This document shows, piece by piece, positions 37,107 through 47,628 of a stretch of 64,000 nucleotides of DNA. The notes under the pieces were generated by a model. That model did not search any database and was not told the DNA's origin. It saw nothing but the letters and a program-made list of their open reading frames with translations. The DNA lies in the NCBI GenBank assembly GCA_934749845.1, contig CAKVHQ010000004.1, positions 22,667-86,666 on the forward strand. The letters run 5' to 3'. The stretch comes from an uncultured Clostridia bacterium. GTDB lineage: Bacteria > Bacillota > Clostridia > Christensenellales > UBA1242. A program made the position numbers and the translations under genes. The number at the start of each line of letters is the position of its first letter. Positions within the stretch are counted from its first letter, which is position 1.

Positions 37107-37727
37107 ATGAAAAATTTTATTACATTTGAAGGTGGCGAAGGTTGCGGAAAAACCACTGTTATTAGTAGACTTCATGACTATTGCAATGAACATAATATTG
37201 CAAATATCATAACAAGAGAGCCAGGTGGAGTGAAAGAGTGCGAAGAAATTCGTGATATGCTAAAATCCACGAAAACTTTTTCCACAAAAACGCAAGTACT
37301 ACTTTTTTCTGCCAGCCGTTCTCATTTATGTGAGCAAGTAATCAAGCCTAGCCTTGACGAAGGCAAAATTGTGTTTTGCGATAGATTTTATGATTCAACT
37401 CGAGTTTATCAAGGCATGAACGGGAATATTGGCGACTCACTAATAATGCAAATAACAAATTTTGCTGTTGGCGATGTTAAGCCACAACTAACATTCTTTT
37501 TGGACATCGACCCAGTTGACGCATTTAAAAGAAAAGGTGGAGCAGACAAAGGCGATGTTTTTGAGGAAGCAGGAATAGAATTTCACAAAAAAGTTAGAGA
37601 GAACTTTAAGTTGCTTGCAAAAAACGAGCCAGAAAGATTTGTTATTATTGATGCATCTTTAAGTGCCGATGAAGTTTTTGAAAATGTACTTACAGTATTG
37701 AAAAAGGAAAAAATTATAAATGTTTAA
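37107..37727 (+). CDS. tmk: Thymidylate kinase
   Basis: The P-loop is FEGGEGCGKTT. GGAG lies 6 nt upstream of ATG 37107. ATG 37095 is an alternative start, preceded by TGcTAAAAT. Confidence 0.9.
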   Translation: MKNFITFEGGEGCGKTTVISRLHDYCNEHNIANIITREPGGVKECEEIRDMLKSTKTFSTKTQVLLFSASRSHLCEQVIKPSLDEGKIVFCDRFYDSTRVYQGMNGNIGDSLIMQITNFAVGDVKPQLTFFLDIDPVDAFKRKGGADKGDVFEEAGIEFHKKVRENFKLLAKNEPERFVIIDASLSADEVFENVLTVLKKEKIINV

Positions 37728-38673
37728 TTTTGTTTTGCAACATAAAGATAATTTTGCAAAAGTTTTAAGTTCAACAAGTCACGCAATTTTAATTGAAAGC
37801 AATGACGATACCTTGATAAAAAATGTAGCAAAATTATATGCAATGAATTTGTTTTGTAAAAGTAAAAACGCTTGCGGAATTTGCAGTAGTTGTTTAAAAA
37901 TTATAGACAATAATAGTTTGGATGCTCTAATTTATCCAACACAAAAAAACTTTTTAATGGATGATGTTAACGATTTACTCGATAAACTCAATATCACACC
38001 AGCCGAAAATGATTATAAAGTTTTTATTATAAACAACATAGACCAAGCAAGTGCACTTGTGCAAAACAAATTGTTAAAGTCTATTGAAGAGCCACCAAAA
38101 TTTGTTAAGTTTGTTTTAACTTGCAATTCTAGGCAAAAGGTTTTGCCAACTATTGTTTCAAGATGCGAAACCATTCATTTAAATAATTTTACACAGCAAG
38201 AAATGACACCACTACTAGAAAACTTGCCCGGTGAATATAGACAAATTATTGGCGAATATAGTCAAGGCAATTTAACGGTTTTGGAAAAATTAAAATGTGA
38301 TAATAGTTTTATTGACAATTACAACTATGCTTTGAAAATTTTATGTAATTTAACAAATAGCAAAGAAATGTTGGAATTTTCCTCGTTTTTATGTGAAAAT
38401 AAGCAAAAATTTCTTGAAATTGTTGAAATTTTAGATATGTTTTTGTTCGACATAGTTAACATAAATTGTGGTAAAGTTGACCTTGTTCAAAACAAATTTT
38501 GTTTGGCGCAATTAACAAAAGCAAGCAAAAATTTATCAACAAAGGCTTGCTTGGAAATTAAAAATAAAATTTTGTTGATTAACGAAAAATTAAACTTAAA
38601 TACGAACTTAAACAGTGTTGTTGATGAGTTCTTACTGGGATATTTGGAGGAAAAATGGAAAAGCAAAAAGTAG
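37720..38673 (+). CDS. holB: DNA polymerase III delta' subunit
   Basis: The product is 317 aa with a zinc module (CGICSSC) and an SRC motif (TIVSRCETI). Its position after tmk is conserved. Confidence 0.85.
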   Translation: MFNFVLQHKDNFAKVLSSTSHAILIESNDDTLIKNVAKLYAMNLFCKSKNACGICSSCLKIIDNNSLDALIYPTQKNFLMDDVNDLLDKLNITPAENDYKVFIINNIDQASALVQNKLLKSIEEPPKFVKFVLTCNSRQKVLPTIVSRCETIHLNNFTQQEMTPLLENLPGEYRQIIGEYSQGNLTVLEKLKCDNSFIDNYNYALKILCNLTNSKEMLEFSSFLCENKQKFLEIVEILDMFLFDIVNINCGKVDLVQNKFCLAQLTKASKNLSTKACLEIKNKILLINEKLNLNTNLNSVVDEFLLGYLEEKWKSKK

Positions 38674-39512
38674 CAGGAGTTAAATTTGAAGAAAAATGTT
38701 GTGGCAAAGTTTATTATTTTGACCCACAAAATCTTTCATTAAATTCTGGCGATAAGGTTATTGTTGAAACATCTCACGGATTAAGTGTTGGTTATGTTTC
38801 GTTTGGCGAAAAGTTTGTTGATAGCACCGAACTTGTTGAGCCTTTGAAAAAAATTATTAGAAAAGCCAATGAAAAAGATTTGCAAACTTTAAAAAAATTA
38901 AAAGAGAAAGAAGTTACTGCTGTTAGTGAAGCAAAGAAATTATCAAAACAACTTAAGCTTGATATGCAAATAGTGAACGCAGAATATGCTTTTGATGAAA
39001 GCAAGGTAACAATAAATTTTACAAGCGACGACAGAGTGGATTTTAGAGATTTGGTTAAAATGCTTGCCGGAACTTTAAAAACAAGAATAGAGTTAAGACA
39101 AGTTGGCACAAGGGATAAGGCAAAAATTCTTGGTGGAATTGGCATTTGTGGCAGAGAAGTTTGCTGTAAACGATTTTTAAACGATTTTGAAAAAGTTAAT
39201 ATAAAAATGGCAAAAAATCAAGGAATAAGTTTGAATCCAACAAACATAAACGGCGTTTGTGGCAGATTACTTTGTTGCTTGGGCTATGAAAACGAGCAAT
39301 ATGTTGAACTTATAAACCTAATGCCAAAACTTGGAAGTCGTGTTAAAACAAAAGATGGTGAGGGAACCGTTGTTTATAACGACCTAATGAAAAAACTTGT
39401 TTCTGTTAAGTTTGTGGATAATAGCGATAATTATCATATTGAAGATTATGAACTAGATGAAATTACCCTTGTTGAAAGCGAAAAACAAAATTTAGATGAA
39501 AATAAACATTAA
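38655..39512 (+). CDS. ricT: PSP1-domain protein RicT/YaaT (stage 0 sporulation / RNase Y specificity factor family)
   Basis: The N-terminus contains YYFDPQNLSLNSGDKVIVETSHG. A Cys cluster reads CGREVCCKRFL...CGRLLCCLGYE. Its position after holB is conserved. Confidence 0.85.
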   Translation: MEKQKVAGVKFEEKCCGKVYYFDPQNLSLNSGDKVIVETSHGLSVGYVSFGEKFVDSTELVEPLKKIIRKANEKDLQTLKKLKEKEVTAVSEAKKLSKQLKLDMQIVNAEYAFDESKVTINFTSDDRVDFRDLVKMLAGTLKTRIELRQVGTRDKAKILGGIGICGREVCCKRFLNDFEKVNIKMAKNQGISLNPTNINGVCGRLLCCLGYENEQYVELINLMPKLGSRVKTKDGEGTVVYNDLMKKLVSVKFVDNSDNYHIEDYELDEITLVESEKQNLDENKH

Positions 39513-39529
39513 AACTAAAAGGAAAATAA

Positions 39530-40216
39530 ATGAACGAAAAAATAGTTTTATCGCAAGATGAACGCCTTGACGATTTGCTTTATAAAGATATGCATATAAT
39601 TCAAAACAAAAAGTTGTACACTTTTACGAGTGATGCAGTTTTGCTTGCAAATTTCATTAAAGCAAAAAAAACTGACAAAGTTGTTGACCTTTGTAGTGGC
39701 AGTGGAGTTGTTGGAATACTTTTTTATGCAAAAAACGAGTGTGACATGACATTAGTTGAGTTGCAAAAGCAAATGTATTTAATGTCCCAAAAAAGTCTCG
39801 CTCTTAACAATATTCAGGACAAAGTTAAAATTTATAATTGTAGTGTGCAAGACAGTTATAAGTTGCTTGGTCAAGAAAAATTTGATATTGTTCTTTGCAA
39901 TCCACCATACAAAAAGCCACAAAATCATAATGTGATTGATGTTAAAGAAATTGCGATGTGCAAATATGAACTTATGCTCACTTTTGACGAATTATGTGCT
40001 TCGGCAAGCAAACTTTTAAGGTTTGGCGGAAAATTTGTGTTTGTTCATGATACAAGCCGATTAGCAGAAATTATTGAAACCTTAAAAAACTATCATTTAG
40101 AACCTAAAAAAATTGAATTTTGCTTTCCTAAAAATAAGCAGGAAAGTAATGTTGTTTTAATTGAAGCAGTGAAGGGCGGAAAGGAAGGCTGTAGGGTTAC
40201 AAAAACAAGCAATTAA
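39530..40216 (+). CDS. SAM-dependent methyltransferase, YabB/TrmN6-like (N6-adenine MTase motif NPPY)
   Basis: Motifs DLCSGSGVVG and CNPPYKK are present. Its neighbourhood with ricT and rsmI is conserved. Confidence 0.75.
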   Translation: MNEKIVLSQDERLDDLLYKDMHIIQNKKLYTFTSDAVLLANFIKAKKTDKVVDLCSGSGVVGILFYAKNECDMTLVELQKQMYLMSQKSLALNNIQDKVKIYNCSVQDSYKLLGQEKFDIVLCNPPYKKPQNHNVIDVKEIAMCKYELMLTFDELCASASKLLRFGGKFVFVHDTSRLAEIIETLKNYHLEPKKIEFCFPKNKQESNVVLIEAVKGGKEGCRVTKTSN

Positions 40217-40309
40217 ATTAGTTTTATTTGTTTTTTAATAAAAAAGTTAAAAAAATATGGAAAAAATCTAATTTTTTAATAAATTTACTTAATTTTTACG
40301 GAGAAAAGT

Positions 40310-41116
40310 ATGTCAGGAAAACTTTATTTTGTTTCAACGCCAATAGGAAATTTAAAAGATTTTTCGTTTAGAGCGGTTGAAACTTTGCAGTCGGTTGATG
40401 AAATTTTATGTGAAGACACAAGAACAAGTTTAAAACTACTTAATCATTATGATATAAGAAAACCGCTTTTTAGTTTTCACAAATTTAACTATAAAACCGC
40501 AATTCCAACAGTAATTGAAAAATTAAAAGAAGGTAAAAACTTGGCACTGATTAGCGATGCTGGTATGCCATGCATCAGTGACCCCGGAAGCGAGCTTATT
40601 CCATTTTTAATTGAAAATGAGATTGATTACACAATTATTCCCGGTGCGTGTGCGTTTGTTAGTGCTGTTGCTTTGTCTGGTATTAGTGCACCTTTCACTT
40701 TTGTTGGTTTTTTGCCAGATAACAAAAAAGAGGAAAGAAAAGTTTTAGATAAATTTAAAGACCATAATTGCCCAATAGTTTTGTATGTTGCACCACACAA
40801 ACTTGTTTCAACGATACAATCTATTTACAAAATTTTTGGAAACAGAAAGTGCATAAGTGTTAGAGAATTAACAAAAATGTATGAAGAAGTTGAATTTTTC
40901 TCACTTGAAGAAGGCTATCCAAAAGAGCCTAAAGGGGAATATGTTTTAATTGTACAAAACAACTTGGAACAAGAAAACGAGTTAAATAAACTATCAATCG
41001 AAGAACATTATGAACATTATGTTAATCAAGGACTAACAAAAAGCGATGCTATTAAACAGGTGGCAAAGGATAGAAATGTTCCAAAAAATGAAATTTACAA
41101 AATCATTTGTTGCTAA
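40310..41116 (+). CDS. rsmI: 16S rRNA (cytidine1402-2'-O)-methyltransferase
   Basis: Motifs YFVSTPIGNLKDFSFRA, CEDTR and SDAGMPCISDPG are present. Confidence 0.92.
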   Translation: MSGKLYFVSTPIGNLKDFSFRAVETLQSVDEILCEDTRTSLKLLNHYDIRKPLFSFHKFNYKTAIPTVIEKLKEGKNLALISDAGMPCISDPGSELIPFLIENEIDYTIIPGACAFVSAVALSGISAPFTFVGFLPDNKKEERKVLDKFKDHNCPIVLYVAPHKLVSTIQSIYKIFGNRKCISVRELTKMYEEVEFFSLEEGYPKEPKGEYVLIVQNNLEQENELNKLSIEEHYEHYVNQGLTKSDAIKQVAKDRNVPKNEIYKIICC

Positions 41117-41155
41117 TTTATTTTAATTAACATTATTAAAATTGATAAAAAAATG

Positions 41156-41184
41156 TTGGAATACAAATTTATATCATATATAAT
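41156..41184 (+). promoter_or_regulatory. Sigma-A-type promoter (TTGGAA-17-TATAAT)
   Basis: TTGGAA lies at 41156-61 and TATAAT at 41179-84. Confidence 0.5.
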
Positions 41185-41205
41185 GTAAGTATAGGAGAGA
41201 AAATT

Positions 41206-41727
41206 ATGATGAAAAAAAGTGTTACAGCCTTTACTCTTGGCATGATATCAAGTTTTATCTGTTTGGCATGGGGTGTTATTGCTGCAATAACTGGCGACAT
41301 TTTGGCAGCAACTAATGTAGCTAGAAGTGTAACTAAACTTATTGCCGTTTTTGGTTGGGTATGTTTGTTTGGCTCAATCGTTGGCTTGGCAGGCTCTGCA
41401 TTATGCTTAAAAAATTCTATTGTAGGTGCTTTGTGTTTAACAATTTCAAGTGCAATGTGTGGAACATTATTAGTTTACCTTACTGTTGAAGCAGTTATGG
41501 GTCACTTGGCTTTTGCTTCAATAATAGTGCTTTTGTTGCTTTCACTTGCAGTCATGATTATTGCTACAATTTTTGGCTTTTTGGCAAGAAGTGTTGAAAA
41601 ACCACATTATGCAAACGATGTGAAGGACGACTATAAAGGCCCAGATGCAAGCAAGAATATGTATCATTACAACAGAGATAAATTTAACCAAGAAGAAAAC
41701 AAAGAAAACGAAAATAAAGATGAATAA
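41206..41727 (+). CDS. Hypothetical integral membrane protein (4 predicted TM segments, hydrophilic C-terminal tail)
   Basis: The product is 173 aa with four hydrophobic stretches. An AGGAGAG SD lies upstream. Confidence 0.55.
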   Translation: MMKKSVTAFTLGMISSFICLAWGVIAAITGDILAATNVARSVTKLIAVFGWVCLFGSIVGLAGSALCLKNSIVGALCLTISSAMCGTLLVYLTVEAVMGHLAFASIIVLLLLSLAVMIIATIFGFLARSVEKPHYANDVKDDYKGPDASKNMYHYNRDKFNQEENKENENKDE

Positions 41728-41730
41728 TAA

Positions 41731-41756
41731 AAAGCCGACAATAAAGTCGGTTTTTT
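41731..41756 (+). terminator. Intrinsic terminator
   Basis: GCCGAC pairs with GTCGGT, followed by a T-run. Confidence 0.7.
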
Positions 41757-41827
41757 GTTGCTTATTTTTAATAAAAATCTATAAAAATGCTATTTATTTT
41801 GAAAAATTTTGCAAAAATAATTCAATT

Positions 41828-42334
41828 TTACATTATTCTGCATAGCGCACAGCCCAAAATTACAGATATTATCGTGCATAATAAGGCGATAGGAATTGCC
41901 CAGCCAAGTTTTTTTACGCTTGTTTTAGATAAATAAACAGTAGAAACATAAAAGACGGTTTCGCTACTTCCCAAAATCACACATGCACATCTAGAAATAT
42001 AACTATCTGCTCCGTATTTTTCAAACACTTCTGTTAAAAGTGCTAAACCACCAGAACCAGAAAATGGTTTAACAATAATCATTTTGGATAGTTCAACGGG
42101 AATGCCTAAAAAATTGAATACTGGAGCAAGCACTTGGGAAAGTTTGTCGCTTAACCCGCTTACAGTGAATAGTTCTATTATCACAAAAATTGCAACTATG
42201 TATGCAAAAATATCGAAAATTAAGTTAAGTGACGATTTTGCACCATCAACAAAGGTTTGATAGGTGTTTACTTTTTTTATGTTGGCATAAACAAAAAGGG
42301 CAATTATTAAAACTGGAATAATATATGCACTCAT
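41828..42334 (-). CDS. spmB: Spore maturation protein B (nucleoside-recognition domain membrane protein)
   Basis: The product is 168 aa. A 4-nt overlap pairs it with the upstream spmA-like gene. The size and hydrophobicity pattern fit SpmB. Confidence 0.7.
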   Translation of the reverse strand: MSAYIIPVLIIALFVYANIKKVNTYQTFVDGAKSSLNLIFDIFAYIVAIFVIIELFTVSGLSDKLSQVLAPVFNFLGIPVELSKMIIVKPFSGSGGLALLTEVFEKYGADSYISRCACVILGSSETVFYVSTVYLSKTSVKKLGWAIPIALLCTIISVILGCALCRIM

Positions 42335-42936
42335 TTTTTCACCTTCTTTTGCCGATAAAACAGTTTAACTAGCATAACAGCAATAAATGTAGAGATAAAT
42401 GAAGTTATAATTATCGGGAAAATAATATTTGCAGGATTAGCACTTTTGTATGCTATTCTCATGCCAATAAGCGTGGTGGGAATAATTTGTAAACTCATGC
42501 TGTTAATAACCGTTAGCATAATCATGGCGGGTGTTGCTTTTCCAGACTTGTCGTCAAGCATTTGCATTGCCTTGATTCCACTTGGCGTGCTTGCGTTTCC
42601 CATTCCAAGCATGTTAGCCGACAAATTTATTGCAAGAACTTCGTTTGTTTCATCGTCTTGCTTGCCAAACAAAAATCTAATTATAGGTTTTAAAATTATT
42701 GCTAGAATTCTGCTTAAGCCTGATTTGTCTAAAACTTCAAGTATCCCAAGCCAAATTGCATAGATTGAAATTAAACTAATGCACAAATTTACTGCTTTTT
42801 CTCCTGCCGACATCATGGTTTCCAAACAAGATGATGGGTTTATGAAAAGCATAATGGAGAGAGATAAAATAAAAACAAAATTAAAAATACCGTTCATTAT
42901 AACTATATATATGATTAAAATTGAGATATAAATCAC
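42331..42936 (-). CDS. spmA: Spore maturation protein A (nucleoside-recognition domain membrane protein)
   Basis: The product is ~190-201 aa. The start is uncertain: GTG 42936 or ATG 42897 (MNGIFNF...). Neither has a clear SD. Confidence 0.7.
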   Translation of the reverse strand: MIYISILIIYIVIMNGIFNFVFILSLSIMLFINPSSCLETMMSAGEKAVNLCISLISIYAIWLGILEVLDKSGLSRILAIILKPIIRFLFGKQDDETNEVLAINLSANMLGMGNASTPSGIKAMQMLDDKSGKATPAMIMLTVINSMSLQIIPTTLIGMRIAYKSANPANIIFPIIITSFISTFIAVMLVKLFYRQKKVKK

Positions 42937-43004
42937 TTGTCTAATTTTTCATTTTACAATTTTTGGTTTGTTTGCTATACTTTATTTTCAAGCGGAGAAT
43001 ATTT

Positions 43005-44936
43005 ATGGAAAAAGAAAAATTTTATATAACAACCCCAATTTACTATTCCAGTGGAGATTTGCACTTGGGTCACTGTTGCACAAGTGTGTATGCAGATGCA
43101 TTAGCAAGATTTAACAGACTTTGCGGAAAAGATGTGTTCTTTTTAACTGGTAGCGATGAGCATGGCCAAAAGGTGGCAGAAAAAGCCGAAAAGCAAGGAC
43201 TAACTCCAAAGCAATTTTGCGACAACCTTGTTCAAAACTACTATAATCTTTGGAAAAAACTCGATATAACTTATGATAAGTATATTAGAACCACTGATGA
43301 CTACCATGTAAAGACAGTTCAAAAGATATTTAAAACCTTGTTTGATAAAGGCGAAATTTATCTTTCAAAATATGAAGGACTATATTGTGTTCCTTGCGAA
43401 AGTTTCTTCACAGAAAGTCAACTTAAAGATGGCAAGTGTCCAGACTGCGGAAGAGAAGTTATCAAAGCAAGTGAAGAAGCATACTTTTTTAAATTATCAA
43501 AGTATGCCGACAAACTTTTGAAATACTATGAAGACCACCCAGATTTTATTAAACTAGACAGCACAAGAAGTGAAATGATTGGATTTATCAAACAAGGACT
43601 TCAAGATTTGTGCGTTTCAAGAACATCAGTTAAATGGGGCGTGCCTGTTCCATTTGACACAAGACACACAATTTATGTTTGGATTGATGCCCTACCAAAC
43701 TATTTAACAGCACTTGGCTATATGCAAGAAGACGACAGTTTATTTAAAAAGTATTGGCCAGCAGATGTTCACTTAATGGCAAAAGAGATTGCAAGATTTC
43801 ACATAATAATTTGGCCAGCAATCTTAATGGCACTAGATTTGCCACTTCCTAAACATATTCATGCACATGGTTGGCTAACTCAAACAGGTGTTAAGATGGG
43901 CAAAAGTTTAGGAAACGGATTTAACCCATTTGTTTTGTGTGATAGATATGGAGTGGATGCGGTTAGATATTTCTTGCTTAGATATGGTCCAATTTTGGGA
44001 GATAGCCCATACGATAATGAAAGTTTCTTAAAGGCAATTAACAGCGATTTAGTTAACGACCTTGCTAATTTGCTTTCAAGAACAAGTGCGATGATTGTTC
44101 AAAATTTTGAAGGCGTTGTTCCAAAAACTTCGGGCAATTTAACCGAACTTGATAATAACCTTATTACTCAATCATGCGACTTATTTAAAAATGTAAAAAA
44201 TTTCATGGATAAGTTTGAAGTAAATAACGCACTTGCTGAAATTTGGAAAGTTATTAGGCTTGCAAATAAATATATTGAAGAAACTGCACCTTGGACACTA
44301 AAAGAAGATAAGGCTCGACTTGGCGATGTTCTTCATAACTTATATTTTGCAATTCACTGCGTTGCCGTAATGCTTCAAGCATTCATTCCACAAACAGCAG
44401 AAAGAATTTTTGTTGCATTAAATAATAAAGATAAAGGCTTTGACACTTTGTCGAACGATTATAACGACAAAATTGGCGGACAAGTTATTGAAAAAACTGC
44501 CCTTTATCAAAGACTTAATATTCAGGAAGAATTAAAATTTTTGCTTGGAAATTTACAAGGAAAAGAAGAAAAGAAAATGGAAGATGTAAAAGCAGTAAAT
44601 CATAAAGCTGAAATTGAATTTGACGACTTTGAAAAACTAGAACTTAAAGTTGGAACAATTATTGAAGCCGAAAAAGTTGAAAATGCAGATAAACTTTTAA
44701 AATTTAAAGTTGATTTTGGCTCTGAAACTAGAATTATTGTTAGCGGAGTTGCAAAACACTATGCTCCACAAGACATGCTTAACAAACAAATTGTTGCCGT
44801 TCTTAACTTAAAACCAAGAAAAATCAAAGGTATTGAAAGTCAGGGAATGATTTTGTATGCTTATAATGAAGATGAAAAAGAATTTTGCTTTGTAACCCCA
44901 GAAAAAAATGTGACAAGTGGTGTTGAGGTTGGTTAA
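43005..44936 (+). CDS. metG: Methionyl-tRNA synthetase with a C-terminal tRNA-binding (Trbp111/EMAP-like) domain
   Basis: The HIGH motif reads HLGH and the KMSKS motif reads KMGKS. Zinc knuckles are CVPC..CPDC. GGAGA precedes ATG 43005. Confidence 0.95.
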   Translation: MEKEKFYITTPIYYSSGDLHLGHCCTSVYADALARFNRLCGKDVFFLTGSDEHGQKVAEKAEKQGLTPKQFCDNLVQNYYNLWKKLDITYDKYIRTTDDYHVKTVQKIFKTLFDKGEIYLSKYEGLYCVPCESFFTESQLKDGKCPDCGREVIKASEEAYFFKLSKYADKLLKYYEDHPDFIKLDSTRSEMIGFIKQGLQDLCVSRTSVKWGVPVPFDTRHTIYVWIDALPNYLTALGYMQEDDSLFKKYWPADVHLMAKEIARFHIIIWPAILMALDLPLPKHIHAHGWLTQTGVKMGKSLGNGFNPFVLCDRYGVDAVRYFLLRYGPILGDSPYDNESFLKAINSDLVNDLANLLSRTSAMIVQNFEGVVPKTSGNLTELDNNLITQSCDLFKNVKNFMDKFEVNNALAEIWKVIRLANKYIEETAPWTLKEDKARLGDVLHNLYFAIHCVAVMLQAFIPQTAERIFVALNNKDKGFDTLSNDYNDKIGGQVIEKTALYQRLNIQEELKFLLGNLQGKEEKKMEDVKAVNHKAEIEFDDFEKLELKVGTIIEAEKVENADKLLKFKVDFGSETRIIVSGVAKHYAPQDMLNKQIVAVLNLKPRKIKGIESQGMILYAYNEDEKEFCFVTPEKNVTSGVEVG

Positions 44937-45709
44937 TGATTATTGACACACATGCTCATATAAACGATAGTGTTTATACAGACATTGATAGAATAATTGG
45001 CGAAATGCATAGCGACAATTTGGAAAAAATCGTTTGTGGTTGTGCGGATATCGAAGGTTGTAAAAGTGCAATTAAGCTTATAAATAAGTATGAAAATGTT
45101 TATGCCACAATAGGTTTGCATCCTGACTATGCCGATAGTTTTAACGACCAAATAAAAGATTTTATAATTGAAAGTTGCAAACATCCAAAAGTGGTGGGGA
45201 TAGGCGAAATTGGGCTAGATTATCACGATAATTTAACCGATAAAGCCATTCAACAAAAAGTTTTTGTCGAGCAACTTAAAATTGCACATTTGTGCAACTT
45301 GCCAATGCTTATCCATGTTCGTGATGCCTTTGATGACTTGCTTAAAATATTAAAACAAAACAAACAATTTTTAACTAATGGTGGAATAATTCACTGCTTT
45401 AGCGGAAGTTTGGAACTTGCCAAAGAGTTTATTAAACTTGGTTTTAACATCGCGTTTGGTGGCGTTTTAACTTTTAAAAACGCAAAAAAATTGGTGGAGG
45501 TGGCTCAAAATATTCCACTTGACAAAATGGTTGTGGAAACCGACTGCCCATATCTTTGCCCAGAGCCATTTAGGGGGCAGAGAAATGAACCTAAATATGT
45601 AAATTATGTGGTTCAAAAACTTGCAGATTTAAACCAAATGCCAAAAAAAGAACTTGAAACAATTTTGCTAGAAAACACTTACAGAGTGTTTCCAAAACTA
45701 AAAAATTAG
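44936..45709 (+). CDS. tatD: TatD-family metal-dependent DNase/hydrolase (YabD)
   Basis: The N-terminus contains IDTHAHI, and IGEIGLDY and ETDCPYL are also present. Confidence 0.9.
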   Translation: MIIDTHAHINDSVYTDIDRIIGEMHSDNLEKIVCGCADIEGCKSAIKLINKYENVYATIGLHPDYADSFNDQIKDFIIESCKHPKVVGIGEIGLDYHDNLTDKAIQQKVFVEQLKIAHLCNLPMLIHVRDAFDDLLKILKQNKQFLTNGGIIHCFSGSLELAKEFIKLGFNIAFGGVLTFKNAKKLVEVAQNIPLDKMVVETDCPYLCPEPFRGQRNEPKYVNYVVQKLADLNQMPKKELETILLENTYRVFPKLKN

Positions 45710-45715
45710 GTGCTT

Positions 45716-46552
45716 ATGGATAAAACTTTTGATACTTTAAAAGAAAATAACTTTGCCTTTAAAAAACATTTTGGGCAAAATTTTATCACGGACACTAATT
45801 TATTAGAAGCAATTTGCGCTGATGCAAATTTGCAAAAAAATGACCAAGTGCTTGAAATAGGAACAGGTGCGGGAACATTAACAAAAGTCATGTCAAAGCA
45901 TGTTAAAAATGTTTTGACGGTTGAAATAGACAACGAGTTAAGACCCGTTTTAAAACAAACCTTTGAAGGATATGATAACATAGAACTTTGCTTTGCCGAT
46001 TTTATGAAAGTTTCAAGCAGTGAAGTTAATAATCACTTTAATGGACAATTTAAAGTTGTTGCAAACCTGCCTTACTACATTACAACTCCAATAATTTTTA
46101 AATTGATTGGCGAAAATTTTAATTTTTCATCAATAACAATAATGGTTCAAAAAGAAGTTGCAGAAAGGCTATGTGCAGATTGTGGAACAAAAGACTATGG
46201 TTCAATGACTGCGCAAGTGCAAAGTGTTGCAGATGTAAGTTTAAAGCGAATTGTAAACAAAAAAATGTTCACGCCAGTGCCGAAGGTAGATAGTGCTATT
46301 GTAAACATAAATTTAAACTATAAAAAATTTAACATTAAAGACTTAAATTTTCACGGAAAGGTTATTGAAAGTGCTTTTTCGATGAGACGAAAAACATTAT
46401 CAAATTGTTTAAAAGCAAAACTTGGGCTAACTCAAAGCAATATTGATGTGATATTTGAAAAACTCAATTTATTGCCAAGTTGCAGGGGAGAACAATTATC
46501 TGTAGAGCAATTTGTTCAATTATCGAATTTAATTTTGCAACTAAAAGATTAA
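45716..46552 (+). CDS. rsmA: 16S rRNA (adenine1518/1519-N6)-dimethyltransferase
   Basis: Motifs FKKHFGQNFI, EIGTGAGTLT and VANLPYYITTPI are present. Confidence 0.93.
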   Translation: MDKTFDTLKENNFAFKKHFGQNFITDTNLLEAICADANLQKNDQVLEIGTGAGTLTKVMSKHVKNVLTVEIDNELRPVLKQTFEGYDNIELCFADFMKVSSSEVNNHFNGQFKVVANLPYYITTPIIFKLIGENFNFSSITIMVQKEVAERLCADCGTKDYGSMTAQVQSVADVSLKRIVNKKMFTPVPKVDSAIVNINLNYKKFNIKDLNFHGKVIESAFSMRRKTLSNCLKAKLGLTQSNIDVIFEKLNLLPSCRGEQLSVEQFVQLSNLILQLKD

Positions 46553-46565
46553 ATAATTTTATAGA

Positions 46566-46598
46566 AACGACAAAAAATTTTATTTGTCGTTTTTTTTG
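46566..46598 (+). terminator. Intrinsic terminator
   Basis: AACGACAAA pairs with TTTGTCGTT, followed by T7. Confidence 0.75.
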
Positions 46599-46693
46599 TT
46601 TAAAATTAGTGTTAACAAACATTAAACATTTCATATAAAATATTACAGTATTGTGTTTTTAAAAATATTACTTAAAAAAGAAGGTGAAACAAA

Positions 46694-47620
46694 ATGCAAA
46701 TGTTTAAGAAAAATATCATTTTAATTCCAGCAGATTATAACGGCGTTTCCAACCAAAAGGGAGTGCTTTCGTTAAGTTACGAAAGTGATAAAGTTGTGGG
46801 AAGTTTAAGATGTTTTAATGTTAAGCCAACCGATGAAGAATATAGCATCGGCGTGCAAATAGGCGATAATGTGTTTAAAACAAAAGCAACTGCAAAGGAA
46901 CTTGGCAATTTAAAAATTCAAATAAACGGCAACGCAAATAATACATCAAAAGTTAGTGTTGCGATTGTAAGTTTAAAAGGTAAAAGTTATGAAACTCTTT
47001 TATGGGGTTCAACCGAAACCACAAAGGCTATTAGACAGCATGCAGTAATACAGTCCTTGCTTGAAAAAACAAACATTTTGGAAATGCAAGAACAATTAAA
47101 GCAAAGCACTTTTGACCAATTAGAACAAATGCCACTTGAAGAACAACAAAACGAAATTTTCGAGCAACAACTACTTGACGATTATATCGATAAAGAGATT
47201 AAACGAACCGAAGTGAAGGCGGAAAGCGAACCAAGCATTACTAGTCATGAGAAAGTTCGTCTGGTGGGTGATGACTCAAAAACCAAATCGGGATTCTATA
47301 GCAAAATCGAAAACCAAATTGAACAAATTTTTGAATCTAACGAGCCAGATAGGGTGCTTGAAAATATAATTCCAGACAGCAAATTTTGCAAGGTAATGCA
47401 AGGTGATGATTTTTATGTTTTTGGTGTTATCTACGAAAATGGAAAAGAAAAATGCATTTGCTATGGCATTCCAAGCGAATATTCACTTGTTCCACCAAAA
47501 GAAGTTGAAGGTTTTTCGCAGTGGCTACCTATTGACGCCGATAACTATGCAGGCAAAGGTTATTGGATGACTTATCAAGATGCGGTTACTGGCGAAAACA
47601 TCGCAGTAGAAATAGTTTAA
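46694..47620 (+). CDS. Hypothetical two-domain protein (308 aa) with an acidic/Q-rich central linker
   Basis: A GAAGGTGA SD lies upstream. I recognise no motif with confidence. Confidence 0.5.
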   Translation: MQMFKKNIILIPADYNGVSNQKGVLSLSYESDKVVGSLRCFNVKPTDEEYSIGVQIGDNVFKTKATAKELGNLKIQINGNANNTSKVSVAIVSLKGKSYETLLWGSTETTKAIRQHAVIQSLLEKTNILEMQEQLKQSTFDQLEQMPLEEQQNEIFEQQLLDDYIDKEIKRTEVKAESEPSITSHEKVRLVGDDSKTKSGFYSKIENQIEQIFESNEPDRVLENIIPDSKFCKVMQGDDFYVFGVIYENGKEKCICYGIPSEYSLVPPKEVEGFSQWLPIDADNYAGKGYWMTYQDAVTGENIAVEIV

Positions 47621-47628
47621 AGTTAAAA

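Noticed and set aside
41645-41845. A 66-aa ORF spanning the end of the membrane-protein gene and the intergenic terminator.
   Set aside because: It is out of frame with the real gene, runs through the terminator hairpin at 41731-41756, and has no SD.
42937-43004. A possible T-box or other riboswitch upstream of metG.
   Set aside because: Only ~68 nt separate metG from the divergent spmA start. That is too short for a T-box, and no specifier or T-box sequence is visible.
46600-46693. A possible sporulation sigma (K/E-type) promoter, CATATAAAATA, upstream of the 46694 gene.
   Set aside because: The match rests on a short AT-rich string in AT-rich DNA. I cannot score it against a matrix, so I did not call it.
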